From an uncultured Gemmatimonadaceae bacterium (GTDB lineage Bacteria > Gemmatimonadota > Gemmatimonadetes > Gemmatimonadales > Gemmatimonadaceae): DNA of 64,000 nucleotides. The notes under the pieces were generated by a model. It was not told where the DNA came from. It made no database searches and worked only from the letters and a program-made list of their open reading frames with translations. Of this stretch, positions 22,155 to 31,884 are shown piece after piece; position 1 is the stretch's first letter; every line of letters begins with the position of its first letter. The DNA lies in assembly GCA_963829055.1 (NCBI GenBank), contig CAWHHI010000016.1:640001-704000 (forward strand), read 5' to 3'. The translations under genes and the position numbers were made by a program.

Positions 22155-22979
22155 TCACCAGCGAGCACTGAGCACGAACGCCACCATGGCGACGACCATC
22201 GCCGACTTCAGGAGTCGTGCGGTTCCGCGCTGTCCACTCAACACGCGTCGGCTGGCGACGAGGCAGAGCGCGACGGCCGGGAGCACCACGATCGCGAAGG
22301 TCGGCCGACGCACCGCAAACGGTGCCAGGGCAACCACGAATAGCGCGACGGAACTTACTACCACCAGTCGCGCCGCGCCGGGCCCCGCGCGAAGAGGGAG
22401 CGTGCGGCGATAGCTCGCGTCACCTTCCACGTCGTCGAGATCCTTGGCGATCTCGCGCGCGAAATGCAGCGGCACTCCGACGAGAAACAGCGGAATCCCA
22501 GCGCCGGCCGCACCCGCACTCCACGCGCCGAACAGGAACGGCAGCGACGCGACGATCGCGACGACGACGTTGCCCGGAACACCGAGCGCCTTCACGCCGC
22601 GATTGTACACTGTCATCGCAGCAATGACGCCGACCGCGGCCAGTGTCTGCGGGCCGCCGAGGAGCGCTGACAGCACGAGAGCTGATGCGGCACAGAGGCC
22701 GACGACGATGCGCGCCGCCTGGAGCGACAGGCGTCCGGACGGCAGCGGTCGCGTCGGATGCGCGACCCTGTCGATATCGAAGTCGCGGACGTCGTTGTCC
22801 GCGTTCGCGAACGCGGTGAGCAGCACCGCGATGCCGGCCATGACGATCGTCTCGGGCTCGTTGGGCCGACCTGTCGCCCACCAGGCGCCAAGGATCACCC
22901 CCGCGACCGCGAGCAGCGCATTCTCCCACCGCACGAGCGACAGGATCGCGAGCACTCGTCTACTGGACCGCGTCCTCAT
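22155..22979 (-). CDS. UbiA-family prenyltransferase, digeranylgeranylglyceryl-phosphate synthase-like
   Basis: NADNDVRDFDIDRVAHPTRPLPSG and REIAKDLDDVEGD Asp-rich motifs; multi-TM. Confidence 0.8.
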   Translation of the reverse strand: MRTRSSRRVLAILSLVRWENALLAVAGVILGAWWATGRPNEPETIVMAGIAVLLTAFANADNDVRDFDIDRVAHPTRPLPSGRLSLQAARIVVGLCAASALVLSALLGGPQTLAAVGVIAAMTVYNRGVKALGVPGNVVVAIVASLPFLFGAWSAGAAGAGIPLFLVGVPLHFAREIAKDLDDVEGDASYRRTLPLRAGPGAARLVVVSSVALFVVALAPFAVRRPTFAIVVLPAVALCLVASRRVLSGQRGTARLLKSAMVVAMVAFVLSARW

Positions 22980-24087
22980 ACAACAGCTCGTACTGACGAA
23001 CGATGTCGTCGCGAGAGAAACGAGCTCGCGCGTCCAACGCGGCTGCGTCGCTCATCGTTTTCCAGCGCTCGCGGTCGGAGAGGATCTCCAGAGACGCTGC
23101 CGCCATCGCGTCCACGTCGCCCACGTCGCATAACGCGCCCGTCACGCCCTCCTTCACCACCTCGACGAGACCACCAGTTCGGCTTCCGACAACCGGTGCG
23201 CCCGACGCGAGCGCCTCCAGAGCGCTCAGGCCGAACGACTCACTCTGCGAAGGAAGGAGAAACAGGTCCGCACCCGCGAGCAGCGGCGCGACCGCATCGA
23301 TCTTGCCGAGGAAATGCACATCCCTGTCGACGCCAAGTGCGCGCGCTTCGGTCTCAGCCGCGACGCGATCAGGGCCGTCCCCGACCATCACCAGCACGGA
23401 CGGCAGCGTCTGACACACGCGCGCGAACACGCGGATGATGTCCACCACGCGCTTCACCGGCCGGAAGTTCGAGACGTGCATCAGTACGCGTCGCTCACCA
23501 TTCAGCTGCTCGCGCAGAATCGGTGGATAGATCGCGCGGTCGTAGATCGCGGGGTCGATGAAGTTGTAGATCACTTTCACGTCGCACGCCGTGCAGCCGA
23601 ACGCGTGAAACGTCTCCTGTCGCAGGAACTGCGACACAGCCGTGATGCGATCGGATTTCTCGATCGAGAACTTCGTGATCGGATGGAACGACGGGTCCTG
23701 GCCGACGATCGTGATGTCCGTACCGTGCAGCGTCGTGATGACCTTCACGTCGGAGCCCGTTTCCCGCAGCATCTCGCGCGCGATCCACGCGCTCGTCGCG
23801 TGCGGAATCGCGTAGTGCACGTGCAGCAAGTCGAGGCCGTGCGTCTTCACGACTTCGTGCATGCGCACGGCGAGCGCGAGGTCGTACGGCGGATATTCGA
23901 ACAGCGGATAGCGGCCGACATCCACTTCGTGGAAGTAGATCCGCGGGAGAAACGACGGCAGGCGGAACGGCTGCTGGTACGTGATGAAGTGGACCTCATG
24001 CCCGCGCGACGCGAGCGCGATACCGAGCTCGGTCGCGACGGCGCCAGATCCACCGTACGTCGGGTAGCAGGTAATGCCGATCTTCAC
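22960..24087 (-). CDS. bshA: N-acetyl-alpha-D-glucosaminyl L-malate synthase
   Basis: KIGITCYPTYGGSG, HVHYAIPHA, TTLHGTD, SNFRPVKR and ESFGL motifs. Confidence 0.95.
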   Translation of the reverse strand: MKIGITCYPTYGGSGAVATELGIALASRGHEVHFITYQQPFRLPSFLPRIYFHEVDVGRYPLFEYPPYDLALAVRMHEVVKTHGLDLLHVHYAIPHATSAWIAREMLRETGSDVKVITTLHGTDITIVGQDPSFHPITKFSIEKSDRITAVSQFLRQETFHAFGCTACDVKVIYNFIDPAIYDRAIYPPILREQLNGERRVLMHVSNFRPVKRVVDIIRVFARVCQTLPSVLVMVGDGPDRVAAETEARALGVDRDVHFLGKIDAVAPLLAGADLFLLPSQSESFGLSALEALASGAPVVGSRTGGLVEVVKEGVTGALCDVGDVDAMAAASLEILSDRERWKTMSDAAALDARARFSRDDIVRQYELLYEDAVQ

Positions 24088-25028
24088 GCGTCTCTCCTCC
24101 CATCCCACCAGTCGTTCACGAGACTATCCGCCGCCGGGTCATCCGGATCGAGGCGTGTCGTTGCGGTGGAGTCGAGCTGGTGTCGGAACCACGTGCGCTG
24201 CCGCTTGGCGTACTGCCGCGTTTCAATGATCACGCGCTCCCGGGCGTCCCGCGCCGACACACGTCCCGACACGACCTCTCGCATCACCTGATAACCACTC
24301 GCCTTCCACGCAGGCGCCGATTCGTCCACCTCGCGCGCAAGCACGGCGACCTCCTCCACCCACCCCGCGGCCGTCATCGCGTCGTACCGTTGCTCGATCC
24401 GCGCCGCCAGGCGCACGCCGGGATCGACCACAAGATAGCGCGCAGCGATCAGCGGCGGGCGCGCGTGGGACCGATGGAGGTCGCTCAACCGTTCGCCCGT
24501 GAGCAACGCCGTCTCTACGGATCGAATGAGTTGCGTCCGTCCCAGATGTGCCCGTTCCGGGTCGAGGTTGGTGCACCACCGGCGCAGATCCTCGGTGCTG
24601 GTCGTCGTCCACGCTCGTTCGAGCGCCGCGCGCCGTACAGGATCCAGCACAGGCGCTTCGAAAAACGGCTCGCTTAGTGCCCGAAGGTAGAAGCCTGTCC
24701 CGCCAACGATGAGCGGCGTCACGCCCTCCGCATGCGCCTCATCGATCCAGCGGCGAGCGCTCTCCGCCCACAATGCGGCCGAGTAGCGTTCCGAGGGGTC
24801 AATGACGTCGATGCCACGATGCGGAACGCGCGCGCGATCATCGGAACCGGGCTTGGCGGTGCCAATGTCGAAGCGGCGATAGATCTGTCGGGAGTCGGCA
24901 CTGATGATGATCGCGCCGCGGGACTCCGCGAGCGTCATGGCGATCGACGACTTCCCCGCCCCCGTCGGACCGCAGATGACGCGGACGCTACGAGCGCTAC
25001 TTTCGTCCGAACCGGCGCTCGAGCTCAT
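24084..25028 (-). CDS. miaA: tRNA dimethylallyltransferase
   Basis: GPTGAGKS, SADSRQIY, DIGTAKP, VGGTGFY and TRQYAKRQRTWF motifs. Confidence 0.96.
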   Translation of the reverse strand: MSSSAGSDESSARSVRVICGPTGAGKSSIAMTLAESRGAIIISADSRQIYRRFDIGTAKPGSDDRARVPHRGIDVIDPSERYSAALWAESARRWIDEAHAEGVTPLIVGGTGFYLRALSEPFFEAPVLDPVRRAALERAWTTTSTEDLRRWCTNLDPERAHLGRTQLIRSVETALLTGERLSDLHRSHARPPLIAARYLVVDPGVRLAARIEQRYDAMTAAGWVEEVAVLAREVDESAPAWKASGYQVMREVVSGRVSARDARERVIIETRQYAKRQRTWFRHQLDSTATTRLDPDDPAADSLVNDWWDGRRDA

Positions 25029-26775
25029 CCCAGGTGATCTGGACGATCGTCGATCGGCCGTGGACGTCGTGCGCGGGGAGCGTGGTTGCCGCCAGGCCAA
25101 CGTACAGCGCCTGCATCTCGGCGGGGGAGAGGGAGTCGCCGCCTTTGATCGCCGCCTTGCACGCGACAGTCGCAGCGAGACGTTCGTGCCGCGCGGCGGC
25201 GCTGGGGACGCGGTCGCCGGTGAGTGCGTCGAGCGTATCGCGCAGACATTGCAACGCGTCGAACCGCGGGTGAGGCATCGGCACCGCGGAGATGATGATC
25301 GAATGTCCGCCGAACGGCTCGATCTCGAATCCCAGCTTCACCAGTGTTTCACGATTCGCTTCGAACGCGTCCGCCTCGGCGGGGCCGAGATGGAGTGTCG
25401 CCGGAAACAGCAGTCGCTGTGACGGTGCCGCGCCTCGCTCGAGCACGTGCATGAACTGCTCGAACAGGATGCGTTCGTGCGCGGAGTGCTGGTCGATGAG
25501 CACCACGCCCTCCGCGCGCTCGAACATCAGGTAGGTTCGGCGGAGCTGCAGGAGCGGCGGCACGTCGGACACCGTCGAGTCGCGCACCGGGCCCGCCGCG
25601 GAAAACGCGGGCGCGTTCGACGCGTTAGGCGATGGAGAGAAGAGCCCCTCCGCCGGCGCCGGTCGCGACTCGAGCACCTCGACGTCGACGGGCGTCGTGA
25701 CCGTCCCCGCCCCCGGCGTGAACGTCCAGTTCCGCGATGCGCCGACGAAAGCGGCGCTGCTCGGCTCACCAAGTGCGCGACGCACGGCATGCTCGACCGC
25801 CCGCTCCACGGGCCAGCGGTCACGAAAGCGGACTTCCGCCTTGGCCGGATGAACGTTCACATCCACCGCATCCGCAGGCAGAACGATCTCGAGGAAGAGC
25901 GACGGCCGCACGCCTGGAACGATCGTCGAGCGATATGCGCTCTCGGCGGCGCGTACGATGCCCGCATCGCGCACGGGCCGGCCGTTCACCGCGAGTGATA
26001 TGCGTCGGCTGGCCGTACCGACGTCGGCGGGGCGCTCGACGAGGCCGCTCACGTGAATCGGCCCACTCACGTCGTCCGCTTCGATGAATCGCTCGGCGAA
26101 CGCACCGCCCCAGATGCCAGCGATCCGCACTCGCATGGATGACGCCGGCGGCAGGCTCAATGCGTTCTTCCCGTCATTCGTGACGGCGAGACGCAGGTCG
26201 CGTCTGCATAACGCGGTCGCGATGAGCGAGTCGATGGCCGCGCGCCACTCCGACCGTGCACTGCGCAGAAACTTGAGGCGCGCCGGCAGGTTGTAGAACA
26301 GCTGACCGACCGAGACAGTCGTGCCGGCGCGCCGAGTCGTCGGCGAAACGTCGGTGACGGTCCCACCCGCTACGCGAACGAGTGTCGCGTCCACGCCGTC
26401 CACGGCCGACGCGATCTCCAACCGCGAGACCGACGCGATCGCCGGGAGCGCCTCGCCGCGAAAACCGAAGCTGGAGACGCCGACCAGGTCCGCCGCACTG
26501 CGGATCTTCGACGTCGCGTGACGCTCGAGCGCGAGCAGCAACTGCTCGCGATCCATCCCGCAGCCGTCGTCGCTCACGCGGATGAGCGTGCGTCCGCCGT
26601 CTTCGAGGGCAACTTCGATTGTCGTCGCGCCGGCGTCGAGCGCATTCTCGACCAGCTCTTTCACCGCCGAGGCAGGCCGTTCCACCACTTCGCCGGCCGC
26701 GATCTGGTCAGCCACCGCCGGCGGCAGAACGGCGATGCGCGACGGCCGGCGGACGTCCGCGCCGGTCGCGGTCAT
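24997..26775 (-). CDS. mutL: DNA mismatch repair endonuclease MutL
   Basis: IAAGEVVERP, KELVENALDAGA, HATSKI, GFRGEAL, DVNVHPAK and DQHSAHER motifs. Confidence 0.97.
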   Translation of the reverse strand: MTATGADVRRPSRIAVLPPAVADQIAAGEVVERPASAVKELVENALDAGATTIEVALEDGGRTLIRVSDDGCGMDREQLLLALERHATSKIRSAADLVGVSSFGFRGEALPAIASVSRLEIASAVDGVDATLVRVAGGTVTDVSPTTRRAGTTVSVGQLFYNLPARLKFLRSARSEWRAAIDSLIATALCRRDLRLAVTNDGKNALSLPPASSMRVRIAGIWGGAFAERFIEADDVSGPIHVSGLVERPADVGTASRRISLAVNGRPVRDAGIVRAAESAYRSTIVPGVRPSLFLEIVLPADAVDVNVHPAKAEVRFRDRWPVERAVEHAVRRALGEPSSAAFVGASRNWTFTPGAGTVTTPVDVEVLESRPAPAEGLFSPSPNASNAPAFSAAGPVRDSTVSDVPPLLQLRRTYLMFERAEGVVLIDQHSAHERILFEQFMHVLERGAAPSQRLLFPATLHLGPAEADAFEANRETLVKLGFEIEPFGGHSIIISAVPMPHPRFDALQCLRDTLDALTGDRVPSAAARHERLAATVACKAAIKGGDSLSPAEMQALYVGLAATTLPAHDVHGRSTIVQITWDELERRFGRK

Positions 26776-29180
26776 CGACGGCCGTCGGCCCAGGGACGCG
26801 CGATCGGCTCGAGCTGATCCGTCTCGACCCACCCTTCCCTGTCGTCCCCCGCCCTAACGAGCGACCACACGCCCTCCTCGCGGACCGTGCGGGCGATCTC
26901 GCCGGTGAGCAGCACTGCACCCGGTTCTCCGCCAAGCGCCGGCAGTGAGCGCAGGCGCGCGGCGTCGGTGACCACGACGAGCCGGCGTGCGTCGTATGCC
27001 TCCCGTACCCTAACGCCGACGATACCGCTGCAGACGGCGATGATGCCAAGCCCGTAGGCGGCGTACCGCCACCGCGCGCGCCGGCGCCAGATCCCGATCG
27101 CGGCGAACAGCCAGCCAAGCAGCCACGCTGTTCCACCGACGATCGCGACCGTCGATTCGTCGACTGGCGGCACGCTGGCCAATCCGCTACCGCCGAATCC
27201 AGGCGTGAGGTCCAGCCGCGACCTGGCATCGGGCGCCGTTGGCTCCAGGCGCAGCGCGCGCTGCCAGCCGATTGCCGCGGCAGAGGTATCTCGCGCGGCC
27301 CAGGCGGCGGTTCCGAAGTTCGCCCACGCATCCGCCGACGTGGGCTCCGCACGCGCCGCTTCCGCGAAGAATCGCTCGGCGCGTGCGAACCGACGCGCCT
27401 CGTATTCACGCACGCCACGGTCGAACGATTCGCGGGCGGGCGGCTGCTGCGCCGTGCTCAGCGACATGCCTAACAAGGCGATCGAGGCCAATGAGCGCGG
27501 GCTTCCGCGTTGGGGCGCGCGCGGTCGCGCCTCGTGATCGACCTGTGCCAGAACGTGGACGGCGCGCTTGACGCCGTCGTCGAGCGAATGGCCGGCACCG
27601 GAGTACACCGCCGCGTCCAGCTCGCCGAGTAGCTCGTCGGCGGCGCGCGACACCTCGGCGGTGACGCCACTCCGCCGGAGCGCACGAACAAGCGCGCGTC
27701 GGTCCGCCAGCTGTGCCGCGGCCACGCCAATACGCTCGGCGAGTGCCGCGGCATAGGTCCGGCGGAGCATCGCGGCATCGGCATGGGACGACGTCAACGG
27801 GCCGCGGGCAAGCTTGCGCAGGCGTTCAGCTGCTGTCGGCACGCGACGAGACCGCGGACGACGCACGACGAGCGCGAGCGCCGCGGGCAGCGGCGCCACC
27901 AGCATCGCGATCCAGAAGCCGTCGCGTCTCGAGAGAGGCGTGCGACCCTGCGCCTTCATAACGCGACGCACCGGGAATACCGGCCGAGTGGAGTCTGCGG
28001 TAGCGTCCACCGCGATGAGCGTCCCGGGAGCAACGGACACGTGCTGCGGCGTGGTCACCGCGAGCTCGTAGCGCTCCGTGTACGGGTTGAAGAACGGATA
28101 GCGGATGGGCGGCACCTCGACGTCACCGCTTTTCACCGGCGTGATCACCCAGTCGAATTCCTTGGCGCCACGCACGACGACGGCGCTGGAATCGAGCTGC
28201 ACTCGCTCCTCCGCCGGGACCAGCTGCCCCCATGGCACACGCACCGCTGGCCGCGGGAAGAAACTCACGTTGCCGTCACCGACGACACGAACCGTGAACA
28301 CCAGAGGATCGCCGACCTTCGCCGGTCCGCTATCGACGTGCGCTTCGATGGCGAGGCGGCCGACCGCCCCGTTGTAATCCGATGGCTTGCCGGACTGCGG
28401 CGGATCGATCACCACGACCGGGACAGTTTCAGAGCGAAGCTGGTGGCTCTCCTCGCGGCTGAAGAAGCTCGCACTGAGCGGCAGCGAGTAATTCAGGCGA
28501 GCCGGAGGGATCTCGTATCGCCCAGCGGTGAGCGGAAAGAGCGCCCGCTGGAACACGTGGACCTCATAACGCCGACCGTCGATCACGCGCTTCGACACGA
28601 ACGAGCGTGGCGCCGCCAGGTCGTACGCCAGCATCGAGCGCAGCTCGGGCGGAATGAACTCCGGGTTGCGGCGCAAGCGATAGCGCACGTCGTCGTTCAG
28701 GAACACGCCAACCTGATACGTCGCCTGCTCGCCGACATACACCGTGTCGGGCGAGACCAGGGCGTGGAAGTTCACGCCGTCGCGAGGATCGAGCCGCGAT
28801 CGTGAGACGACCGCGGGCACCTGGACCGGCGGCGCGTTTACGATCGTTAGGCGGATCGACTCCGATCGGCCCGTCATTGGACCGACGCTCGCCACGATGG
28901 GCGGCAGCACTACTGTCCCCGCACGCTGTGCCACGACGAGATACTTGTGCTCGACGACCGCCAGCGATCGCGACATCGTCCCGCCGCCCCCAACCCGGGT
29001 CGACTCCTCGACACGGACGCCGCCGAGCGGGCCGAACTGCGGCGGGCGGATCATTGGCGCGACCGGGCCGCGCACGGCCGCGCGTACCGTCACCGTCGCT
29101 GGCTGCCGGACGGTGAGCGTCTCGGGAGCCGTAACGGTGACGACGATCTGCAGCGCGATGCCGGCGAGAGAAAGAATCAC
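26772..29180 (-). CDS. batD: BatD-like protein with C-terminal TPR/SH3 region (BatD-BatE fusion)
   Basis: VYVGEQ and GAVG BatD-type Ig-like repeats, a TM segment, then TPR and GWV SH3-like end; located in the MoxR/VWA locus. Confidence 0.75.
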   Translation of the reverse strand: MILSLAGIALQIVVTVTAPETLTVRQPATVTVRAAVRGPVAPMIRPPQFGPLGGVRVEESTRVGGGGTMSRSLAVVEHKYLVVAQRAGTVVLPPIVASVGPMTGRSESIRLTIVNAPPVQVPAVVSRSRLDPRDGVNFHALVSPDTVYVGEQATYQVGVFLNDDVRYRLRRNPEFIPPELRSMLAYDLAAPRSFVSKRVIDGRRYEVHVFQRALFPLTAGRYEIPPARLNYSLPLSASFFSREESHQLRSETVPVVVIDPPQSGKPSDYNGAVGRLAIEAHVDSGPAKVGDPLVFTVRVVGDGNVSFFPRPAVRVPWGQLVPAEERVQLDSSAVVVRGAKEFDWVITPVKSGDVEVPPIRYPFFNPYTERYELAVTTPQHVSVAPGTLIAVDATADSTRPVFPVRRVMKAQGRTPLSRRDGFWIAMLVAPLPAALALVVRRPRSRRVPTAAERLRKLARGPLTSSHADAAMLRRTYAAALAERIGVAAAQLADRRALVRALRRSGVTAEVSRAADELLGELDAAVYSGAGHSLDDGVKRAVHVLAQVDHEARPRAPQRGSPRSLASIALLGMSLSTAQQPPARESFDRGVREYEARRFARAERFFAEAARAEPTSADAWANFGTAAWAARDTSAAAIGWQRALRLEPTAPDARSRLDLTPGFGGSGLASVPPVDESTVAIVGGTAWLLGWLFAAIGIWRRRARWRYAAYGLGIIAVCSGIVGVRVREAYDARRLVVVTDAARLRSLPALGGEPGAVLLTGEIARTVREEGVWSLVRAGDDREGWVETDQLEPIARPWADGRR

Positions 29181-30886
29181 CAGTCCTTTCCGCCCGGCGG
29201 TGGTTGCGGACGATTCTGCTGCTGCTTGCGCGCCTGCACGTTGCGCTCTTCGCGTTGCGCGCTATTCAGCAACTGTTCCGCCTGTTGATCGCCGAGACCT
29301 CCGCTTGGCCGGTCGGACTGCGGCTGACGCGGAGGGCTCGGCTGATTTTGATTGCCGCCACCACCACCGCCGCCTCCGCCACCACCGCCGCCGCCACTCT
29401 GCTGTTGTTTCTTGCGCAGCGCGAGCTCGTAATTCCATTTCGCATCTCCGTCGCTCGATCGCATGAGCAGCGCGCGCTTGTATGACTCGAGTGCCGCGTC
29501 CAGCGATGGCGTGGCGGAATCGCCTTTCGCGGCGAGGCCGCGTTTCAGATGCGCGAGCCCGAGGTTGAAGATCGCGCGAAAGCGGACCTCCGGGTCAGTT
29601 GCCTTGACGGCACGCTCCAGCACGTCGATCGCCGACGCGAGCGAGTCAGCGGCCAGCAATGACGTCCCCAGGTTGTAGAGCACTTCCGGCCGCTTGTCGC
29701 CACGCTCGAGCGCGCGACGGTACAGTGCCGCCGCCCGCATGTAGCGCTTGGCGGAATACTCCCGCGCGGCATCACGAACGTCGTCGGCGCGTGCAGCGCG
29801 AAGAGGCACAAGCATCGCTGTCGCCGCGGTGAGCAACACGGTCGCGGCAGTAGCGGCGGCTGCAGCCGAGCGTCGCCGACGTCCGCGTCGCTCCGCGAGC
29901 GCCGTGTCGAGGAGCAGAAGCAGCACGGCAGGAATCAGGAAAAGTTGAAAGCGCGGTGTCTGAGTACGCCCCGCCTCGACGGCACGTTGCACGCCTCGCA
30001 GTTGAACGAGCGCGCGGCGCACCTTCGCGGCCTTGTCGCTCTCGGCCGCATCGATGAACGTGCCACCGGAGCCTTCAGACGCGGCCCGAAGCATCTCCGG
30101 ATGGTACTTCGTGATCACGACGTTGCCTTCCGGGTCGCGCTTCTCGACGATCGCGTTGCCTTCGCGAACGGGGATGGGCGCGCCGGCGGGCGTCCCGAAA
30201 CCAACAGTGACGATGCTGACACCGGCTTCGGCCGCCTGCTTCGCCGCAGCGACGACATCCTCCGGCGGCTCGAATGCCTCGCCGTCGCTGAAAATGACGA
30301 TCGCATGATCGCTGCCGCTCTTGGTCGCGACGAGCAGGTCCGTTCCCTGCCGAATGGCGCGAGCGAGCGAGCTTCCAGCCTGCCCGACCACTGAAGGGTC
30401 GAGGTTGTCGAGAAAGAGATCGAGCGCCGCGTCGTCCACGGTGAGCGGCGTGAGGATATAGCTTCGCCCCGCGAACGCGAGCAGCGCGAACCGATCGCTG
30501 GGCGACGCGGCGCGCAGGCGACGGATCTCCTGCTTCACCTTCTCCAGTCGATTCGGCCGCTCGTCGGTCGCCATCATCGACAGCGATGCGTCGACCGCCA
30601 GCACGATATCGACGCCTTCGCCGCGAACGACGGTCCGCTCGACGCCCCAGCGTGGGCCGGCGATGGCGATTCCGGCGAACGCGGTCGCGAGCGCGAGACG
30701 CGTCGCGCGCCAGCCCGGCGGCACGGCGGCGTTAGGCGGCACGAGCCGCGCGATCATCGACGCGGAGCCCAGCCGGTCGAGCCGTGCGCGCCGCCGCCGG
30801 TACCCGACGATCACGAGCGCGATCACGAGGATCGGAAGCAGGACCGCGAGCGCGAGCAGCAGCGGATGATCGATGACGGGCTTCAC
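29177..30886 (-). CDS. VWA domain plus TPR protein (BatB-BatC fusion)
   Basis: MIDAS DASLSM, PNRL, PLTVD, SDGE and TVGFGT; C-terminal YNLG/FNLG TPRs, Gly/Gln linker and terminal KDW. Confidence 0.85.
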   Translation of the reverse strand: MKPVIDHPLLLALAVLLPILVIALVIVGYRRRRARLDRLGSASMIARLVPPNAAVPPGWRATRLALATAFAGIAIAGPRWGVERTVVRGEGVDIVLAVDASLSMMATDERPNRLEKVKQEIRRLRAASPSDRFALLAFAGRSYILTPLTVDDAALDLFLDNLDPSVVGQAGSSLARAIRQGTDLLVATKSGSDHAIVIFSDGEAFEPPEDVVAAAKQAAEAGVSIVTVGFGTPAGAPIPVREGNAIVEKRDPEGNVVITKYHPEMLRAASEGSGGTFIDAAESDKAAKVRRALVQLRGVQRAVEAGRTQTPRFQLFLIPAVLLLLLDTALAERRGRRRRSAAAAATAATVLLTAATAMLVPLRAARADDVRDAAREYSAKRYMRAAALYRRALERGDKRPEVLYNLGTSLLAADSLASAIDVLERAVKATDPEVRFRAIFNLGLAHLKRGLAAKGDSATPSLDAALESYKRALLMRSSDGDAKWNYELALRKKQQQSGGGGGGGGGGGGGGNQNQPSPPRQPQSDRPSGGLGDQQAEQLLNSAQREERNVQARKQQQNRPQPPPGGKDW

Positions 30887-31884
30887 GCGGCGCGCTCCTT
30901 CGGCGGTTCCGCCGCGGCGAGCTTCGCTTCTTCGGCAGCCTTGAGCTCGGCCGCGTGTATGGCGCCGACAATCCCTCGCGCCTCGGCACCGAGCTCCCGC
31001 GCGCGCTCCGCCGTGGTTGCACGACGCGCGAACTTCACGAGATCGGCGTCCGCGAGTACGAGCGCGAGTCTATTCACAGGCACCGAACGATTGTCGCGAA
31101 CGGCGATGAGCAGCTCATTCGTCGTCAGCGCCGGGTGTGCGTCGGGAATGCGGCGCGCGAGGTACGTGCGCAGCACCTCCACCGTGAGCGCGACATATCG
31201 TCCGCGCTCACCGGCCTCCACCAACCCCAGTCGTTCGACGCGCTCGAACTCCGCTTCTGCGTCCGCGTACGGATCGTCCAACGCGCCCTGACGGCGCTTA
31301 CGACGGCGATGCCACCACCACCAGAACAGTCCAATGAGGCCGATGACAGCGAGCGCGGCGAGCAGCCAGTACCACCACGGCAGCCCGAACTCGAAGATTG
31401 CGCGCTGCGGCTTCGGAATGCGCTGTGCGGTATCAGCCGGGAGCACGCTGCGCACGTGGACGCGCAGCGCGCTGAGCGGGATGCGCCGCTCGCGACCGTC
31501 GAAACGAACGACGACGTCCTGGATCCGAAGCGGCTGGTCGCCAATGTCCCACGCCGCGAGACGCCACGTCCCGATGAGATCGAGCGCGGTCGAATCGGGA
31601 GTCTGGCGTTCCTGCTTCGGATCGAGCGCCTCGACGGTGGCACCCGAGTCGGGGCCGACCGGAAACTCGACCGACGCGCCGAGCGGCGCGTGAATGCGAA
31701 CCGTTAGGCGGAAGGGATCGCCGACCGTGACCGTGTCCGGATCGATGGAGAAGCCCATCTGCACCGGCAGCGCCGCTTGTGAAGCGGCGGACGCTGGACG
31801 CCGCGGCGCACCCTGCGACGGCGCACCCTGCGACGGCCCGCCTTGAGCAACCGCGAGCAGCAGTGGCCAGAGCGCCGCGATCAC
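30883..31884 (-). CDS. Conserved membrane protein of the MoxR/Bat locus
   Basis: TVTVGDPF Ig-like domain, WW-rich TM segment, ALTTNEL...ADLVKFA C-terminal motif. Confidence 0.75.
   Translation of the reverse strand: MIAALWPLLLAVAQGGPSQGAPSQGAPRRPASAASQAALPVQMGFSIDPDTVTVGDPFRLTVRIHAPLGASVEFPVGPDSGATVEALDPKQERQTPDSTALDLIGTWRLAAWDIGDQPLRIQDVVVRFDGRERRIPLSALRVHVRSVLPADTAQRIPKPQRAIFEFGLPWWYWLLAALAVIGLIGLFWWWWHRRRKRRQGALDDPYADAEAEFERVERLGLVEAGERGRYVALTVEVLRTYLARRIPDAHPALTTNELLIAVRDNRSVPVNRLALVLADADLVKFARRATTAERARELGAEARGIVGAIHAAELKAAEEAKLAAAEPPKERAA

Noticed and set aside
29354..29396. CCG/CCA trinucleotide run
   Set aside because: It encodes the poly-Gly linker of the BatC-like tail; ordinary low complexity.
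31805..31837. 15-bp tandem duplication (SQGAP twice)
   Set aside because: Small in-frame duplication in a disordered linker.
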